A stretch of DNA of 64,000 nucleotides from Bacilli bacterium (GTDB lineage Bacteria; Bacillota_I; Bacilli_A; RF39; UBA660), in contig JAFRCK010000014.1 in assembly GCA_017404385.1 (NCBI GenBank), positions 18,588-82,587 on the forward strand. Direction: 5' to 3'. Under the pieces are notes generated by a model, which worked only from the letters and a program-made list of their open reading frames with translations, was not told where the DNA came from and did no database searches. Each line of letters opens with the position of its first letter. The stretch's first letter is position 1. The position numbers and the translations under genes were made by a program. Positions 51,460 through 62,337 of the stretch are shown here, piece after piece.

Positions 51460-51629
51460 ATAAATCGCAAACATTTTGTAGTGTTTTATTTTATTTTTAA
51501 TGCGTTACTTTGCGTATAGCGTTATAAGTACTGTGCCCTAACTACACACAGGAAAGTATTAAGAGTAACACCCTAAGAATGATTTAAAATTTACTTAATA
51601 GTTTGAAATATAGTAAAGGAGGGAAATGT
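51460..51629 (+). promoter_or_regulatory. ~165-nt rpsD 5' leader, candidate S4 autoregulatory mRNA structure
   Basis: Long untranslated leader with locally higher G+C and internal complementarity before RBS aaaggaggg. Bacillus rpsD is known to be autoregulated through its leader. Confidence 0.35.
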
Positions 51630-52232
51630 ATGTCAAGATACACAGGTCCAGCGTATAAGAAAAGTAGAAGAGTTGGTTTTTCTACATTAGAAAGTGGTAA
51701 GGATTTAGCAAAAAGAGCTTATAAACCAGGTCAACATGGTCAAGCTAGAAAAGCTAAACCATCTAACTATTCTGAACAATTAAACGAAAAACAAAAAGTT
51801 AAATTTACTTATGGAATGACTGAAAAACAATTCCATCAACTATTTAACAAAGCTGGTAAAATGGAAGGTATTCATGGTGAAAACTTCTTAAAACTTCTTG
51901 AAAGTAGATTAGATAATATCGTTTATAGAATGGGATTATCAACTACTAGAAGAGGCGCTAGACAAATAGTTAACCATGGTCATATCTTAGTTAATGGTAG
52001 AAAAGTTAATATTCCATCATTCTTAGTTAAGCCTGGAGATATAATCACTATTAAAGATGCTTCTAAAGAACATAAAGCTATTAAAGCTAGTCTTGAAGCT
52101 ATAAGTAAAACAGTTGATTATGTTAATTTCGATAAGAATAAACTTGAAGGAACTTATGTAAGATATCCTGAAAGAAGCGAACTAAGTGCTGAATTTAACG
52201 AATCATTAATCGTTGAATATTATAGTAGATAA
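51630..52232 (+). CDS. rpsD: 30S ribosomal protein S4
   Basis: MSRYTGPAYKKSRRVGFS... is canonical S4. Start at the ATG at 51630 with a 6-nt spaced RBS. The track ORF starts at an upstream TTG. Confidence 0.9.
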   Translation: MSRYTGPAYKKSRRVGFSTLESGKDLAKRAYKPGQHGQARKAKPSNYSEQLNEKQKVKFTYGMTEKQFHQLFNKAGKMEGIHGENFLKLLESRLDNIVYRMGLSTTRRGARQIVNHGHILVNGRKVNIPSFLVKPGDIITIKDASKEHKAIKASLEAISKTVDYVNFDKNKLEGTYVRYPERSELSAEFNESLIVEYYSR

Positions 52233-52235
52233 TAA

Positions 52236-52268
52236 AAAGTGTTTCATTTTTGAAACACTTTTTTTATT
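52236..52268. terminator. Bidirectional rho-independent terminator after rpsD and the convergent gene
   Basis: 11-bp stem aaagtgtttca/tgaaacacttt with loop tttt, followed by ttttattat. Confidence 0.6.
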
Positions 52269-52755
52269 ATCTTGTTTTAGTACTTCTTACTTCCTTGTAA
52301 TGATATTTACCATCATTACCTTTTTCTAGATTATCTTCTAGTTCATCTAATCTTTCTAAGGCTTCCTCGTATTCAGTTTTATCTCCATGATACATTTCAC
52401 TAAAGGCTATTCTCACCTCTTCAATAGCACTTTCTGGATACTGCAAGGCCATTCTATTAGCAACTCTATCAATAAACAGAGTTTCTTCCTCATCTAACGG
52501 AACTTCACAACCATGTGGTAAATATGGATTAACTTGCTTTCCATCATCAGTAAATTCGTGCCCTGAATGTATAGATAACTCTTTACTAATTTCACTCATA
52601 GAAAAATCATTTTCATCTGCGGCATTTATATTACTCCCTATAAAACCAATTGACGTTATAATTCCTCCAACAATAAAAGCTTTTAAACCTATAACATGTC
52701 TTGCATGTCTTTTTTGCTTTTTATTAATTTCTTCCGTATTAGTATATTCTTTCAT
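52267..52755 (-). CDS. Hypothetical membrane-anchored acidic protein
   Basis: Hydrophobic segment LKAFIVGGIITSIGFIGS. Otherwise unassigned. Confidence 0.35.
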   Translation of the reverse strand: MKEYTNTEEINKKQKRHARHVIGLKAFIVGGIITSIGFIGSNINAADENDFSMSEISKELSIHSGHEFTDDGKQVNPYLPHGCEVPLDEEETLFIDRVANRMALQYPESAIEEVRIAFSEMYHGDKTEYEEALERLDELEDNLEKGNDGKYHYKEVRSTKTR

Positions 52756-52795
52756 TTTTTATCATCCTTCCCTGACTATATATTCATCAATATAA

Positions 52796-53896
52796 TCATA
52801 CTATATCTTTATTTTTTTTCATATATTTTTCTACTATGTACTTTACAAAATCAGAAGCACTATTTTCATTTATTATTTTCTTTTGGTTATCAACTATTTC
52901 TTTTTCTAGATTTTTATCATTTAATATTTTCTTAATATCATTTATTATTTCTTCTTCATTATTTGCGCATAGACTCATTTTATTTTCACTATAGAATTTA
53001 GCATTATAATTTTCTACTCCTGGTATAGGCATCATATGAATAAGTGGTTTATGTAAAGTAGCTACTTCTGTAGTAGTTAATCCACCTGGTTTTGTAATTA
53101 TCACTTTACTTCTTTTCATCAATTCATTCATCTTATCAGTAAAACCAATTACTATTAAATTCTTATTTTTAATCTTTTTTAAACTATTATACAAATTGAC
53201 ATTATTTCCGCAAACAACTAATAAATAAATATTCTTTATTCTTTTAAGAATTAATTTTACTATATCATTCAATTTTCCAAATCCCATACTTCCACTAGTT
53301 ATTAAAACAATTTCTTTATCATCAGGTAAAACTAAAGATTTAGATACTTTTTTAAATGAAGATGATACAGGTATACCAAGAGGTTTAAGTACTTCTTTTT
53401 TTATTCTTTTTTTAGTAAAAGATTCAATTAAAAGATCACTTGGAATTATAAAATCATCAGGTTTTGTTTCATTCCAAAAGGGTATACATTCATAATCTGT
53501 TGCGACATTTATTAATGGAATATCATTTTTCTTCTTTATTTTAGTCATAGATAAAGCAGGAAATAAATGTGTACAAACTACTAAATCATAATTATTATTT
53601 TTAATATATTTTAGTAATCTTTTTTTATTTAGAGAATTAAAAAAATACACAGGGCTTTTTATTCTTGTTTTATTATATAATTCTCCTATTTTATAAACAA
53701 TTTTAAAAATCTTACCATTCCCAGAAACAGATTTTAAATATAGTTTTTCAGCTCTTTTAGCCTGTTTTTCACCGACAAGTGATAAGTAATTAATAAAATT
53801 AGCTTCTATCTTATTTTTTCTAAATTCTTGTTCTATATACCTAGCACAAGAGTTATGTCCTCCACCAGTAGAACACGATAATATTAACACTTTCAT
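52796..53896 (-). CDS. ugtP: Diacylglycerol glycosyltransferase (GT28, UgtP/MGDG-synthase-like)
   Basis: MKVLILSCSTGGGHNSCARYIEQEF... is the N-terminal MGDG synthase motif. C-terminal GT-B domain. Confidence 0.65.
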   Translation of the reverse strand: MKVLILSCSTGGGHNSCARYIEQEFRKNKIEANFINYLSLVGEKQAKRAEKLYLKSVSGNGKIFKIVYKIGELYNKTRIKSPVYFFNSLNKKRLLKYIKNNNYDLVVCTHLFPALSMTKIKKKNDIPLINVATDYECIPFWNETKPDDFIIPSDLLIESFTKKRIKKEVLKPLGIPVSSSFKKVSKSLVLPDDKEIVLITSGSMGFGKLNDIVKLILKRIKNIYLLVVCGNNVNLYNSLKKIKNKNLIVIGFTDKMNELMKRSKVIITKPGGLTTTEVATLHKPLIHMMPIPGVENYNAKFYSENKMSLCANNEEEIINDIKKILNDKNLEKEIVDNQKKIINENSASDFVKYIVEKYMKKNKDIV

Positions 53897-54528
53897 TTTT
53901 TAGCCCACTCCATATTATTATACATGTTCTTTAAATAATCCATATTAAATGTATTATCCAAAAACTCTTCATATTTATTCTTAGGTTCTATTCCTTTTAA
54001 TTTTGCTTTTGCCCTTTCTCTTGCTTGAATGGTAAGCATTACATCAAAAACTAAAAATATAAATAAGATAATTGCAATCTTATTAGCTATTTTATAATTA
54101 AACTTATTAAGTAATTTCATTATAAAAGGATATACTAACTTTACCCATGCTATTCCTAAAATACCCCAAAAAACTGAATATATTAAACATACTCTTCCAT
54201 TAATATTAAGTGGATATGTCGAATAATCCCAAGCAGTAAAACCTAAAAATATTTCCATACCTAAACTCATTATATATTCAAGAATAGTTCCACCTAAAAA
54301 AGATAATAAAAATGCTTTTACAAAACTAATATTAGGTAATTTATAAAAAAGTAAGGTTAATAAAACAAAACATATTCCATATGCCATATCAAAAGGTCCA
54401 ATTACTACAGCCGAATGATTTACTAGTTCATGAAATACAATTAAAGTATATAAACCTTCAACTACCCATCCAACTAAAGATCCAATTATAAAAATATAAA
54501 ATAATTTTACTACATTAATTTTATTCAT
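53893..54528 (-). CDS. Polytopic membrane protein (PF06541-like 'putative ABC-transporter type IV' family?)
   Basis: 6 hydrophobic helices. Overlaps the ugtP start by 4 nt, suggesting an operon. Family assignment is weak. Confidence 0.35.
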   Translation of the reverse strand: MNKINVVKLFYIFIIGSLVGWVVEGLYTLIVFHELVNHSAVVIGPFDMAYGICFVLLTLLFYKLPNISFVKAFLLSFLGGTILEYIMSLGMEIFLGFTAWDYSTYPLNINGRVCLIYSVFWGILGIAWVKLVYPFIMKLLNKFNYKIANKIAIILFIFLVFDVMLTIQARERAKAKLKGIEPKNKYEEFLDNTFNMDYLKNMYNNMEWAKK

Positions 54529-54574
54529 TTTACTACACCTATTCTAAAAAAATTATATCATTATAATAATTCTT

Positions 54575-54608
54575 TATCAATAATAAAAAATAGTAGAAAT
54601 CTACTATT
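54575..54608 (-). terminator. Rho-independent terminator of ddl, overlapping its stop
   Basis: Stem aatagtag/ctactatt with loop aaat, then a U-run on the minus strand. Confidence 0.5.
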
Positions 54609-55635
54609 TTTCTAATGAATACTCAATTAATTTAGTTATTAAATCTTTAAGTTCAATACCTGATTCTTTAAATAACAAAGGATACATACTTATACTTGTA
54701 AAACCTGGAATAGTATTTATTTCATTTAAATATAATTCATTTTTATCATCAACAAAAAAATCTACTCTAGACAATCCTTTACAATTTAAAGCTTTATATG
54801 CTTTTATTGCAGTTGTTCTTATTTTATTTGTTAACTCTTCTGATAAAGGCGCAGGTATTAATAATTTAGATTCATTATTCTTATATTTTGAATCATATGA
54901 ATAAAATTCTTCGTCTGGAATTATTTCTCCTAAACAAGATGCTATTGGTGTTTCATTACCTAGAACAGCACACTCTATTTCCCTAGCTTTTACACCCTCT
55001 TCTAATAAGATTTCATTATCATATTTAACTGAGTCTTCTATTCCATTTTTTAATTCTTCATCAGTATTCGCAACATTTATTCCTATAGAAGACCCTTGCC
55101 TTGATGGTTTTATATAAACAGGATATTTCAAATTAGAATTTACTATTTTTGCAATTTTATTTAAATCTACTTTTTCTTCATTAAATTCTTTATCCACAAA
55201 AATAAATTTATCTTTTTCATACTTAATATAAATAGATTTGGTTTGCTTAATATTAGCTCTATCAAGAATTATTTTTGTATAAACTTTATCCATACATAGT
55301 GCTGATGCTAATACACCTGGAGAAGTATATGGAATATCAAACATTTCAAACATACCTTGAATTGTTCCATCTTCTCCATATTTTCCATGCATAACTGGAA
55401 ATACTGAATCTAATTTTTTTAGAAATGTAATGATTGATTCTATTTCTTTTTTATTAATAATAGCGTAATCCTTATCTATTCCATCACATTCATACCAATG
55501 ATCATCTTGATCTATAAATATTTTTTTAACTTCAAATTTATCAACATCGATATTATCAATAACTGTTTTAGCAGAAATTACAGATATTTTATTTTCTGTA
55601 CTTTTTCCACCAAAAACTATTCCTATTTTCTTCAT
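54604..55635 (-). CDS. ddl: D-alanine--D-alanine ligase
   Basis: MKKIGIVFGGKSTENKISVISAKTV... plus an ATP-grasp C-terminal domain (EINTIPGFT). Confidence 0.88.
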   Translation of the reverse strand: MKKIGIVFGGKSTENKISVISAKTVIDNIDVDKFEVKKIFIDQDDHWYECDGIDKDYAIINKKEIESIITFLKKLDSVFPVMHGKYGEDGTIQGMFEMFDIPYTSPGVLASALCMDKVYTKIILDRANIKQTKSIYIKYEKDKFIFVDKEFNEEKVDLNKIAKIVNSNLKYPVYIKPSRQGSSIGINVANTDEELKNGIEDSVKYDNEILLEEGVKAREIECAVLGNETPIASCLGEIIPDEEFYSYDSKYKNNESKLLIPAPLSEELTNKIRTTAIKAYKALNCKGLSRVDFFVDDKNELYLNEINTIPGFTSISMYPLLFKESGIELKDLITKLIEYSLEK

Positions 55636-55661
55636 TTTATACCTCCAGTTTAATTATATGT

Positions 55662-58600
55662 TTAAAATAAACTAAGTTGATTTGATTCATCCATTCCTTC
55701 AAATATATTCATTCTTTTCATCGTTTCAATAATTGTATCAGATATTTTAGCTCTGACTTGAAGCTCCTCTATAGATAGAAAATCTCTCTTTTTTCTTTCC
55801 TCTACTATATTTTTCGCTACAACATCCCCTAGTCCTTCAATTGAATTAAATGGAGGAATAATTTCTGTATCATTCTTTACTTTAAACGTTGTGGCTTCAG
55901 ATTCATATAAATCTACATTAACAAACTTAATCCCTCTTGCTGTTGCTTCCAAACATACATGAAGTGATTCTTCTACTCCTAATTCCTTATTACTAACATC
56001 TTTTTTCTCTTTATTATTTATTTCAATTAACCTTTCTTTTATCGCATCATACCCTTTTATCATTGTGGTTACTTCTGTATCTGTAGCTTTACAAGAAAGC
56101 CATGATGCATAATAATGAACTGGCATATGAACTTTATACCACGCTATTCTAAATGCACTCGTAACATATGCAGCTGCATGTGCTTTTGGGAACATGTACT
56201 TTATTTTATGACATGAATCTATATACCAATCAGCTATACCATTTTCTTTCAATATAGCTTCAAACTCTGCCCATTTTTCTGGATCTTTACTAGGTTTTCC
56301 TTTTCTTACAAATTCCATTATTTTAAATGCTTGTATAGGTTTTAAACCATGATTCATCAAGTAAACCATTATATCGTCACGACACCCTATAACTTCACTA
56401 AATGGAACTATATTATTTCTAATTAATTCTTGAGCATTTCCAAGCCAAACATCAGTACCATGAGATAAACCTGATATTTTTATTAATTCACCAAATGTTC
56501 TTGGTTTAGAATCTTCGACCATTTGAAGAGTAAACTTAGTACCAAATTCAGGAATACCTAATGTACCAGTGTTACATAGTATTTGTTCCTTTGTTACGCC
56601 AAGTGGCTCAGGTCCCAAGAATATTGCCATTGTTTCTTTATCATCAAGTGGCACTTTAGTAACATCAGTTTTCGATGTATCTTGTATCATACGAAGTTGT
56701 GTAGGATCTGAGTGACCTAATATATCTAACTTTAATACATCTTCTTCTATCTTGTGATAATCAAAGTGTGTTGTTCTCCATGCAGATGTTGGATCCTCTG
56801 CCGGAAACTGATATGGGGTAAAATCATACACATCCATATAATCAGGTATAACAACAATTCCCCCTGGATGTTGACCAGTTGTTCTTTTAACTCCTGTACA
56901 ACCTAAAGATAATCTTTCTATTTCAAGAGATCTTTTAGTTATACCTTTATCTTCATAATATCCCTTAACAAAACCATATGCAGTTTTATCAGCAACAGTA
57001 CCAATTGTACCTGCACGATAAACATTATCAACACCAAATAATACTTTTGTATATTCATGTATTGCAGCTTGATTTAAATCTGAGAAATTAAGATCTATAT
57101 CTGGTACTTTATCAGCATTAAATCCTAAGAATGTCGCAAATGGAATATCTTGACCATCTTTTAACATATCTATATTACAATTTGGACATTTCTTGTTAGG
57201 CAAATCAAATCCGCTAGAATAATTGATACCTAAAGCTACTCCATCTTCTTCAAAAATACTATATTTACATTTAGGGCATCTATAATGTGCTGGTAATGGA
57301 TTTACTTCTGTTATTCCCATCATTGTAGCAACAAATGATGAACCTACAGATCCTCTTGATCCAACTAAGAAACCATCATCATTTGATTTTTTAACTAGTC
57401 TTTGTGCGATCAAATAAATTGGATCAAAGCCTGCACCTATTACTCCACCTAGTGCTTTTTTAACTCGTTTTTCCAATTCTTTATCATCCAATTCCTCTTC
57501 AGTTGTTTCTTTTATATAATTAGTTACTAATTCTAATACTGCATCTTTTCCACTAAAAATAGTATCATGTAAATCTTTATATACCTTATTTTCTAAATCT
57601 TCACCTGTAAATGATTCTTTTTCAAGATTATATTTTATTGAATTATAAACTATATCTCCATATAGTTCAGTACCTAATCTTCCTTCTATATTATGTGGAA
57701 GTGGATTACCATACCAATCTTCTGCTTTTTCATAAACAAGATCTGTAACTACTCTTGGACAATCTAGATATGTTTTTCCATCATCACTTCTAACTCTTGG
57801 TGAAAAAGGTACTCCACCAGTTTGAATTATTACATCAAATATCTCTACCATATCAAGTATCTTATTTGGATTTGTAATAACTAATTCTTTTGCTTTATCT
57901 TTACCTAAAAATTCAAAATTTTCTAGCATTTCATTTGTAGTTCTAAAATGTTGTGATGGCACTTTTCCATTACCATTTTTAGAAAGTGGATGTCTACCGC
58001 GACCTGGGACCTTTTGATGTATTATTATTTCTCTATAGATCTTATCTTCTTTAGTTAAATGATGTACATCACCTGACGCTACTATCATTTTACCTGCATC
58101 TGTTGTTACTCTAACAATTTTTTCTATATTTTGAATAAGTTCCGCTTCATTTGCAAATACCCCCGGTACAAGATGACAATATTCATCAATTGGTTGAACT
58201 TCAACATAATCATAAAAATTTATTATATTTGTTAATTCTTCATCAGATTTAGTAGATGCTTGTGTAAAAACTTCCCCTTCATAACAACCGCTACCGATAA
58301 GAAGACCTTTTCTATATTTTTCAATTTCACTTCTTAATATTCTAGGTGTTTTATAAAGATATTTTGTATTAGCTAGTGATACTAATGTAAATAAATTCTT
58401 TAAACCAGTTTTATTTAACGTAAGTATATTTATATGATGAGCACGACCATACTTATAAATTTCATCTCTTGGAACTAAGTTATTTAAATCACTAATCTTA
58501 GTCATATTATTATCTATTAGTTTTTTAATCATTTTAGCAAGAACAAGTGCTGTTCCTTCAGCATCGTAATTAGCTCTATGATGTGCGTCTTCATCAAATA

Positions 58601-60263
58601 CAACATTATATCTTTTTGTAATAGCAGATAAAGAATGTCTTGCTTCACCTTTATCAAGAGTTCTACTAAGTTCAAGAGTATCTAGAATGCAATTATTAAA
58701 ATCACCTAAATCATACTTTTGATAGGCCATTTTTATAAATGAAGTATCGAATTTAGCATTATGCGCAACTAATGGTAAATCTCCATACCAATCTTTAAAT
58801 TTCTTAACTGCTTCCTCTTCATTCATTTTACCTTCAAGCATTTCATCTGTAATATGCGTAATCTCAGTAATTTTAGGAGATAATTTTTTACCTGGGGATA
58901 CTAACTCATCAAATGTATCAATAATCTTTCCACCTTGTAATTTGACTGCACCTATTTCTATAATAGAATCTGCTCCACCTGCATTAAAACCAGTAGTTTC
59001 TAAGTCAAAAACTACAAATGTTGCTTCATTCAAATCTTCTTCTGTCGGATTTATAACTATATCAACAGAATCATCTATCATTGTTAACTCACAACCATAT
59101 ATAACTTTAAATGGTTCTTCGCCTTCTTTTAAATCACCATTCATTTTTGTAACCATATTAAAAGCATTTGGAAAACTTTGTACCCCATCATGATCAGTAA
59201 CAGCAATACCTCTGTGTCCCCATCTCTTTGCTGTTTTTATTAAACTTTCAACAGATACAACTCCATCCATTTGACTCATTATAGTATGAGCATGTAATTC
59301 AACTCTCTTTTCTTCTGCTTCATCATTAACAACTACATCTTTAGATGGTATTTCCATTATATTATTGGCATTTAATACAAAATCTCTAGCAAAATCATCA
59401 TATTTAACATTACCATTAATTCTATACCAATTTCCTTCTTTTATTTTTGAATTTATTCTTTCATAATCTTCTTGATTTCTAAAGAAAATCTTAACATAAA
59501 AACTATCTGAATAATCAGTTATTTTAAGAGTTATGATTTTAAAAGCAGTTTTTGTCGATTCAAACAAGTCTTTTCCAAACACTTTTGCTTCCACAAATAC
59601 ATCTTCTTGTTCACCTGTTAAGTCTTCTAATTTTGTTAATTCTCCTTCTACTTCTCTTCCAAGAACTGCATTACTACCTTCAATTTCTTTTGTATTTGTT
59701 CTAACTACTTCTTTTTTCTTTTCTGTCGTTGTTATTGGTTTTGGAATATGTACATTAGACATATCTATTTCAACAGGCTCTTCTAGTTCTTTATCATCAT
59801 TAACTATGTTTAACTTTATATCTAATCCTATTTGTCTAAATTTATTTTCTATCTCTTCAATTTTTTTTAAAGCAATATTCTCCATTGCTTTATTGTCCAC
59901 TTCTAAAACTAGACCATCAGTAGTAAATTTTATAATTCTATCTTTAAATAAATTTGTCATTCCTTTACTCAAACCTATTTGACTAATAATATATGGATAA
60001 TAATTATTTACTAACATTTTATCAACTGTCTTTGGAAACAAAGTATATGTAACACTATTTAAATCCTTGAACCCAGCAAAAATATTTGTATCCAAAAAAC
60101 TTATTACTTCAACTGGTAATAAGGAATCAATCTCAATAAAAAAGTTCCAATTTAATTTATCTTTTGAAGACTTGATCTTCAAAATTCTAGCGTTTTCAAA
60201 ATATTTATAATAATCTTGTTTTAAATTTATTTTTTCTAAAAACAATTTTATTTTTTCATCCAT
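55662..60263 (-). CDS. polC: DNA polymerase III PolC-type (Gram-positive replicative polymerase with 3'-5' exonuclease)
   Basis: 1533 aa. Exonuclease motif FVVFDLETTG, PHP domain, palm/fingers. Architecture typical of PolC. Confidence 0.92.
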   Translation of the reverse strand: MDEKIKLFLEKINLKQDYYKYFENARILKIKSSKDKLNWNFFIEIDSLLPVEVISFLDTNIFAGFKDLNSVTYTLFPKTVDKMLVNNYYPYIISQIGLSKGMTNLFKDRIIKFTTDGLVLEVDNKAMENIALKKIEEIENKFRQIGLDIKLNIVNDDKELEEPVEIDMSNVHIPKPITTTEKKKEVVRTNTKEIEGSNAVLGREVEGELTKLEDLTGEQEDVFVEAKVFGKDLFESTKTAFKIITLKITDYSDSFYVKIFFRNQEDYERINSKIKEGNWYRINGNVKYDDFARDFVLNANNIMEIPSKDVVVNDEAEEKRVELHAHTIMSQMDGVVSVESLIKTAKRWGHRGIAVTDHDGVQSFPNAFNMVTKMNGDLKEGEEPFKVIYGCELTMIDDSVDIVINPTEEDLNEATFVVFDLETTGFNAGGADSIIEIGAVKLQGGKIIDTFDELVSPGKKLSPKITEITHITDEMLEGKMNEEEAVKKFKDWYGDLPLVAHNAKFDTSFIKMAYQKYDLGDFNNCILDTLELSRTLDKGEARHSLSAITKRYNVVFDEDAHHRANYDAEGTALVLAKMIKKLIDNNMTKISDLNNLVPRDEIYKYGRAHHINILTLNKTGLKNLFTLVSLANTKYLYKTPRILRSEIEKYRKGLLIGSGCYEGEVFTQASTKSDEELTNIINFYDYVEVQPIDEYCHLVPGVFANEAELIQNIEKIVRVTTDAGKMIVASGDVHHLTKEDKIYREIIIHQKVPGRGRHPLSKNGNGKVPSQHFRTTNEMLENFEFLGKDKAKELVITNPNKILDMVEIFDVIIQTGGVPFSPRVRSDDGKTYLDCPRVVTDLVYEKAEDWYGNPLPHNIEGRLGTELYGDIVYNSIKYNLEKESFTGEDLENKVYKDLHDTIFSGKDAVLELVTNYIKETTEEELDDKELEKRVKKALGGVIGAGFDPIYLIAQRLVKKSNDDGFLVGSRGSVGSSFVATMMGITEVNPLPAHYRCPKCKYSIFEEDGVALGINYSSGFDLPNKKCPNCNIDMLKDGQDIPFATFLGFNADKVPDIDLNFSDLNQAAIHEYTKVLFGVDNVYRAGTIGTVADKTAYGFVKGYYEDKGITKRSLEIERLSLGCTGVKRTTGQHPGGIVVIPDYMDVYDFTPYQFPAEDPTSAWRTTHFDYHKIEEDVLKLDILGHSDPTQLRMIQDTSKTDVTKVPLDDKETMAIFLGPEPLGVTKEQILCNTGTLGIPEFGTKFTLQMVEDSKPRTFGELIKISGLSHGTDVWLGNAQELIRNNIVPFSEVIGCRDDIMVYLMNHGLKPIQAFKIMEFVRKGKPSKDPEKWAEFEAILKENGIADWYIDSCHKIKYMFPKAHAAAYVTSAFRIAWYKVHMPVHYYASWLSCKATDTEVTTMIKGYDAIKERLIEINNKEKKDVSNKELGVEESLHVCLEATARGIKFVNVDLYESEATTFKVKNDTEIIPPFNSIEGLGDVVAKNIVEERKKRDFLSIEELQVRAKISDTIIETMKRMNIFEGMDESNQLSLF

Positions 60264-60350
60264 AATACCACCTGAATCTTCCTAAGTAATATTATAACAA
60301 TAAAGCTAAAACAATGGAAGAATAAACGAAAAAAAGTTACAAAATATTAC

Positions 60351-61631
60351 CTATTCTATAACTTCATATATTATTTTTGGTTCTTCAATTTTTCTTTCAC
60401 CTATTGTAATACAATTTACATATTCAAGTTCATCTATACTATCTTCAGTATATACTTGCATTAATAATTCACCTTGATTTACAAAATCATTAATTATTTT
60501 ATTTAATCTAATTCCAACTTTGTGATTTATTTGATCACCCTTATTTTTTCTACCAGCACCCAAATTATTGCATAATAGGGCTAATTTCATAGTATCAATA
60601 TCAGTTATATAGCCATCCATATTGGAATAAATTTTAATTGAATTATTGGGAACATCTATATTATTAATATTCCCTCCTTGATATGATATTAAGTTTTTAA
60701 ACTTTTTTAAACCTTTCCTATTATAATATGCATCTTCTACCTCTTTTACCGCCTTATCCATTGATTCATTTTTACCTAATGAAACCATATAACTAGCTAA
60801 AGCAAGACATAATTTAGTAAATCTTTCTTCACCTTTATTATCAAGTGTATCTAATGCTTCTATTACTTCAATGGAGTTACCTATTGTATATCCAAGTGGA
60901 TAATCCATATTTGTAAGAATAGCAATAGTTTCTTTGCCAAATTTATTACCAATATCAACCATTGTTTTAGCAAGTTCTCTAGCCTCACCTAAATTCTTCA
61001 TAAAAGCACCTTTACCCACTTTAACATCTAAAACTATCTTATCAGAACCAGAAGCTAGTTTCTTACTCATAATACTTGATGCGATCAAAGGTATAGATTC
61101 AGTAGTATTCGTAACATCTCTAAGTGCATATATTTTTTTATCAGCTGGAACTAAATTATTACTTTGAGAAATCATAACTATATTTATATCATTAACTTGT
61201 TTTATCAAATCAGTATAATCTAGTTCAGTTTTAAAACCTTCAATTGATTCAAGTTTATCAACTGTCCCACCAGTAAAACCTAGGCCCCTTCCACTCATTT
61301 TAACTATTTTTACACCACAAGATGCAGCAAGTGGTAAGACTACAAAACTTGTTTTATCTCCCACTCCACCAGTAGAATGCTTATCTACTAGTATTCCTTC
61401 TATTTCATCAAAAGACATTATATTTCCACTATTTAGCATAGTAATTGTTAAATTGTATGTTTCTTCAAAAGTCATTCCATTATTCAAAACTGACTTTAAA
61501 AATCGAGTCATTTCTTCATCACTTATTCTTCCAGAAACATAATTATTTACTACAAAATCTATTTCTTCACCTGTTATTATTACATTATTATTTTTTTTAT
61601 TTATAATATCTTTTATATTCATATATTTCAC
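60351..61631 (-). CDS. pdp: Pyrimidine-nucleoside (thymidine) phosphorylase
   Basis: 426 aa. DKHSTGGVGD and SGRGLGFTGGTVDKLE motifs of the thymidine/pyrimidine-nucleoside phosphorylase family. Confidence 0.88.
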   Translation of the reverse strand: MKYMNIKDIINKKNNNVIITGEEIDFVVNNYVSGRISDEEMTRFLKSVLNNGMTFEETYNLTITMLNSGNIMSFDEIEGILVDKHSTGGVGDKTSFVVLPLAASCGVKIVKMSGRGLGFTGGTVDKLESIEGFKTELDYTDLIKQVNDINIVMISQSNNLVPADKKIYALRDVTNTTESIPLIASSIMSKKLASGSDKIVLDVKVGKGAFMKNLGEARELAKTMVDIGNKFGKETIAILTNMDYPLGYTIGNSIEVIEALDTLDNKGEERFTKLCLALASYMVSLGKNESMDKAVKEVEDAYYNRKGLKKFKNLISYQGGNINNIDVPNNSIKIYSNMDGYITDIDTMKLALLCNNLGAGRKNKGDQINHKVGIRLNKIINDFVNQGELLMQVYTEDSIDELEYVNCITIGERKIEEPKIIYEVIE

Positions 61632-61655
61632 CTATAAAGAAAAGAAAAAATATTT

Positions 61656-62324
61656 CTATTTTTTCTTACCAATCTTTTCTTCCTTTGAACTTTGAAAACG
61701 TAATATTGTATAAAAAATCATTAATAAATTTAAAGAAATTATTGTTCCTCCAACTATATCGCTTAGCCAATGTACACCTGATAATGTTCTACCTAATACT
61801 ACCAACGTTAGAAGAAGCATAGTTATAAAGTATACAACATTTACCATTTTACTAAAATACTTTCTACAAACAACCATAGAACTTATACAAATTGTAAAAG
61901 CTAATAATGTATGACTAGATGGATATGATGCCTCTAATACTCCATCGATTAAAACAGGTCTATAATTGATAACAAATTTTTCAAAAAATAAATAAACTAT
62001 TATTACCAAAGCATACAGTATACCTAACGATATTATTTCCCTATCTACTTTAAATAAACTCTTTCTCTTTATTAATTGAATTATACCAATCATTGCATAA
62101 ACTCCCGCTATTAATAAAACGGCTATCCCTGCATATTTCGCAACTTTGTATAAAGTCATATTTGTACCTACAAGATTTCTAAACCAATTATTATACTTAC
62201 TAAAGCCAACTGAAGTTTCATTTGGGCCTATAATTGCTACATCATATACTTTAACTAAATATGTATAGCCTACTGTTATTATTGTTAATACAATAGTTAG
62301 AATAATACTTTTTAAATTCTTCAT
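61656..62324 (-). CDS. PAP2 family membrane phosphatase
   Basis: PAP2 motifs YPSSHT and SRTLSGVHWLSD in a 6-TM protein. Confidence 0.65.
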   Translation of the reverse strand: MKNLKSIILTIVLTIITVGYTYLVKVYDVAIIGPNETSVGFSKYNNWFRNLVGTNMTLYKVAKYAGIAVLLIAGVYAMIGIIQLIKRKSLFKVDREIISLGILYALVIIVYLFFEKFVINYRPVLIDGVLEASYPSSHTLLAFTICISSMVVCRKYFSKMVNVVYFITMLLLTLVVLGRTLSGVHWLSDIVGGTIISLNLLMIFYTILRFQSSKEEKIGKKK

Positions 62325-62337
62325 ACTCTACCTCTTT

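Noticed and set aside
52267-52755. 162-aa acidic protein considered as an anti-sigma factor or toxin
   Set aside because: It has only a single hydrophobic helix and an acidic tail. There is no partner gene or recognisable motif, so it is left as hypothetical.
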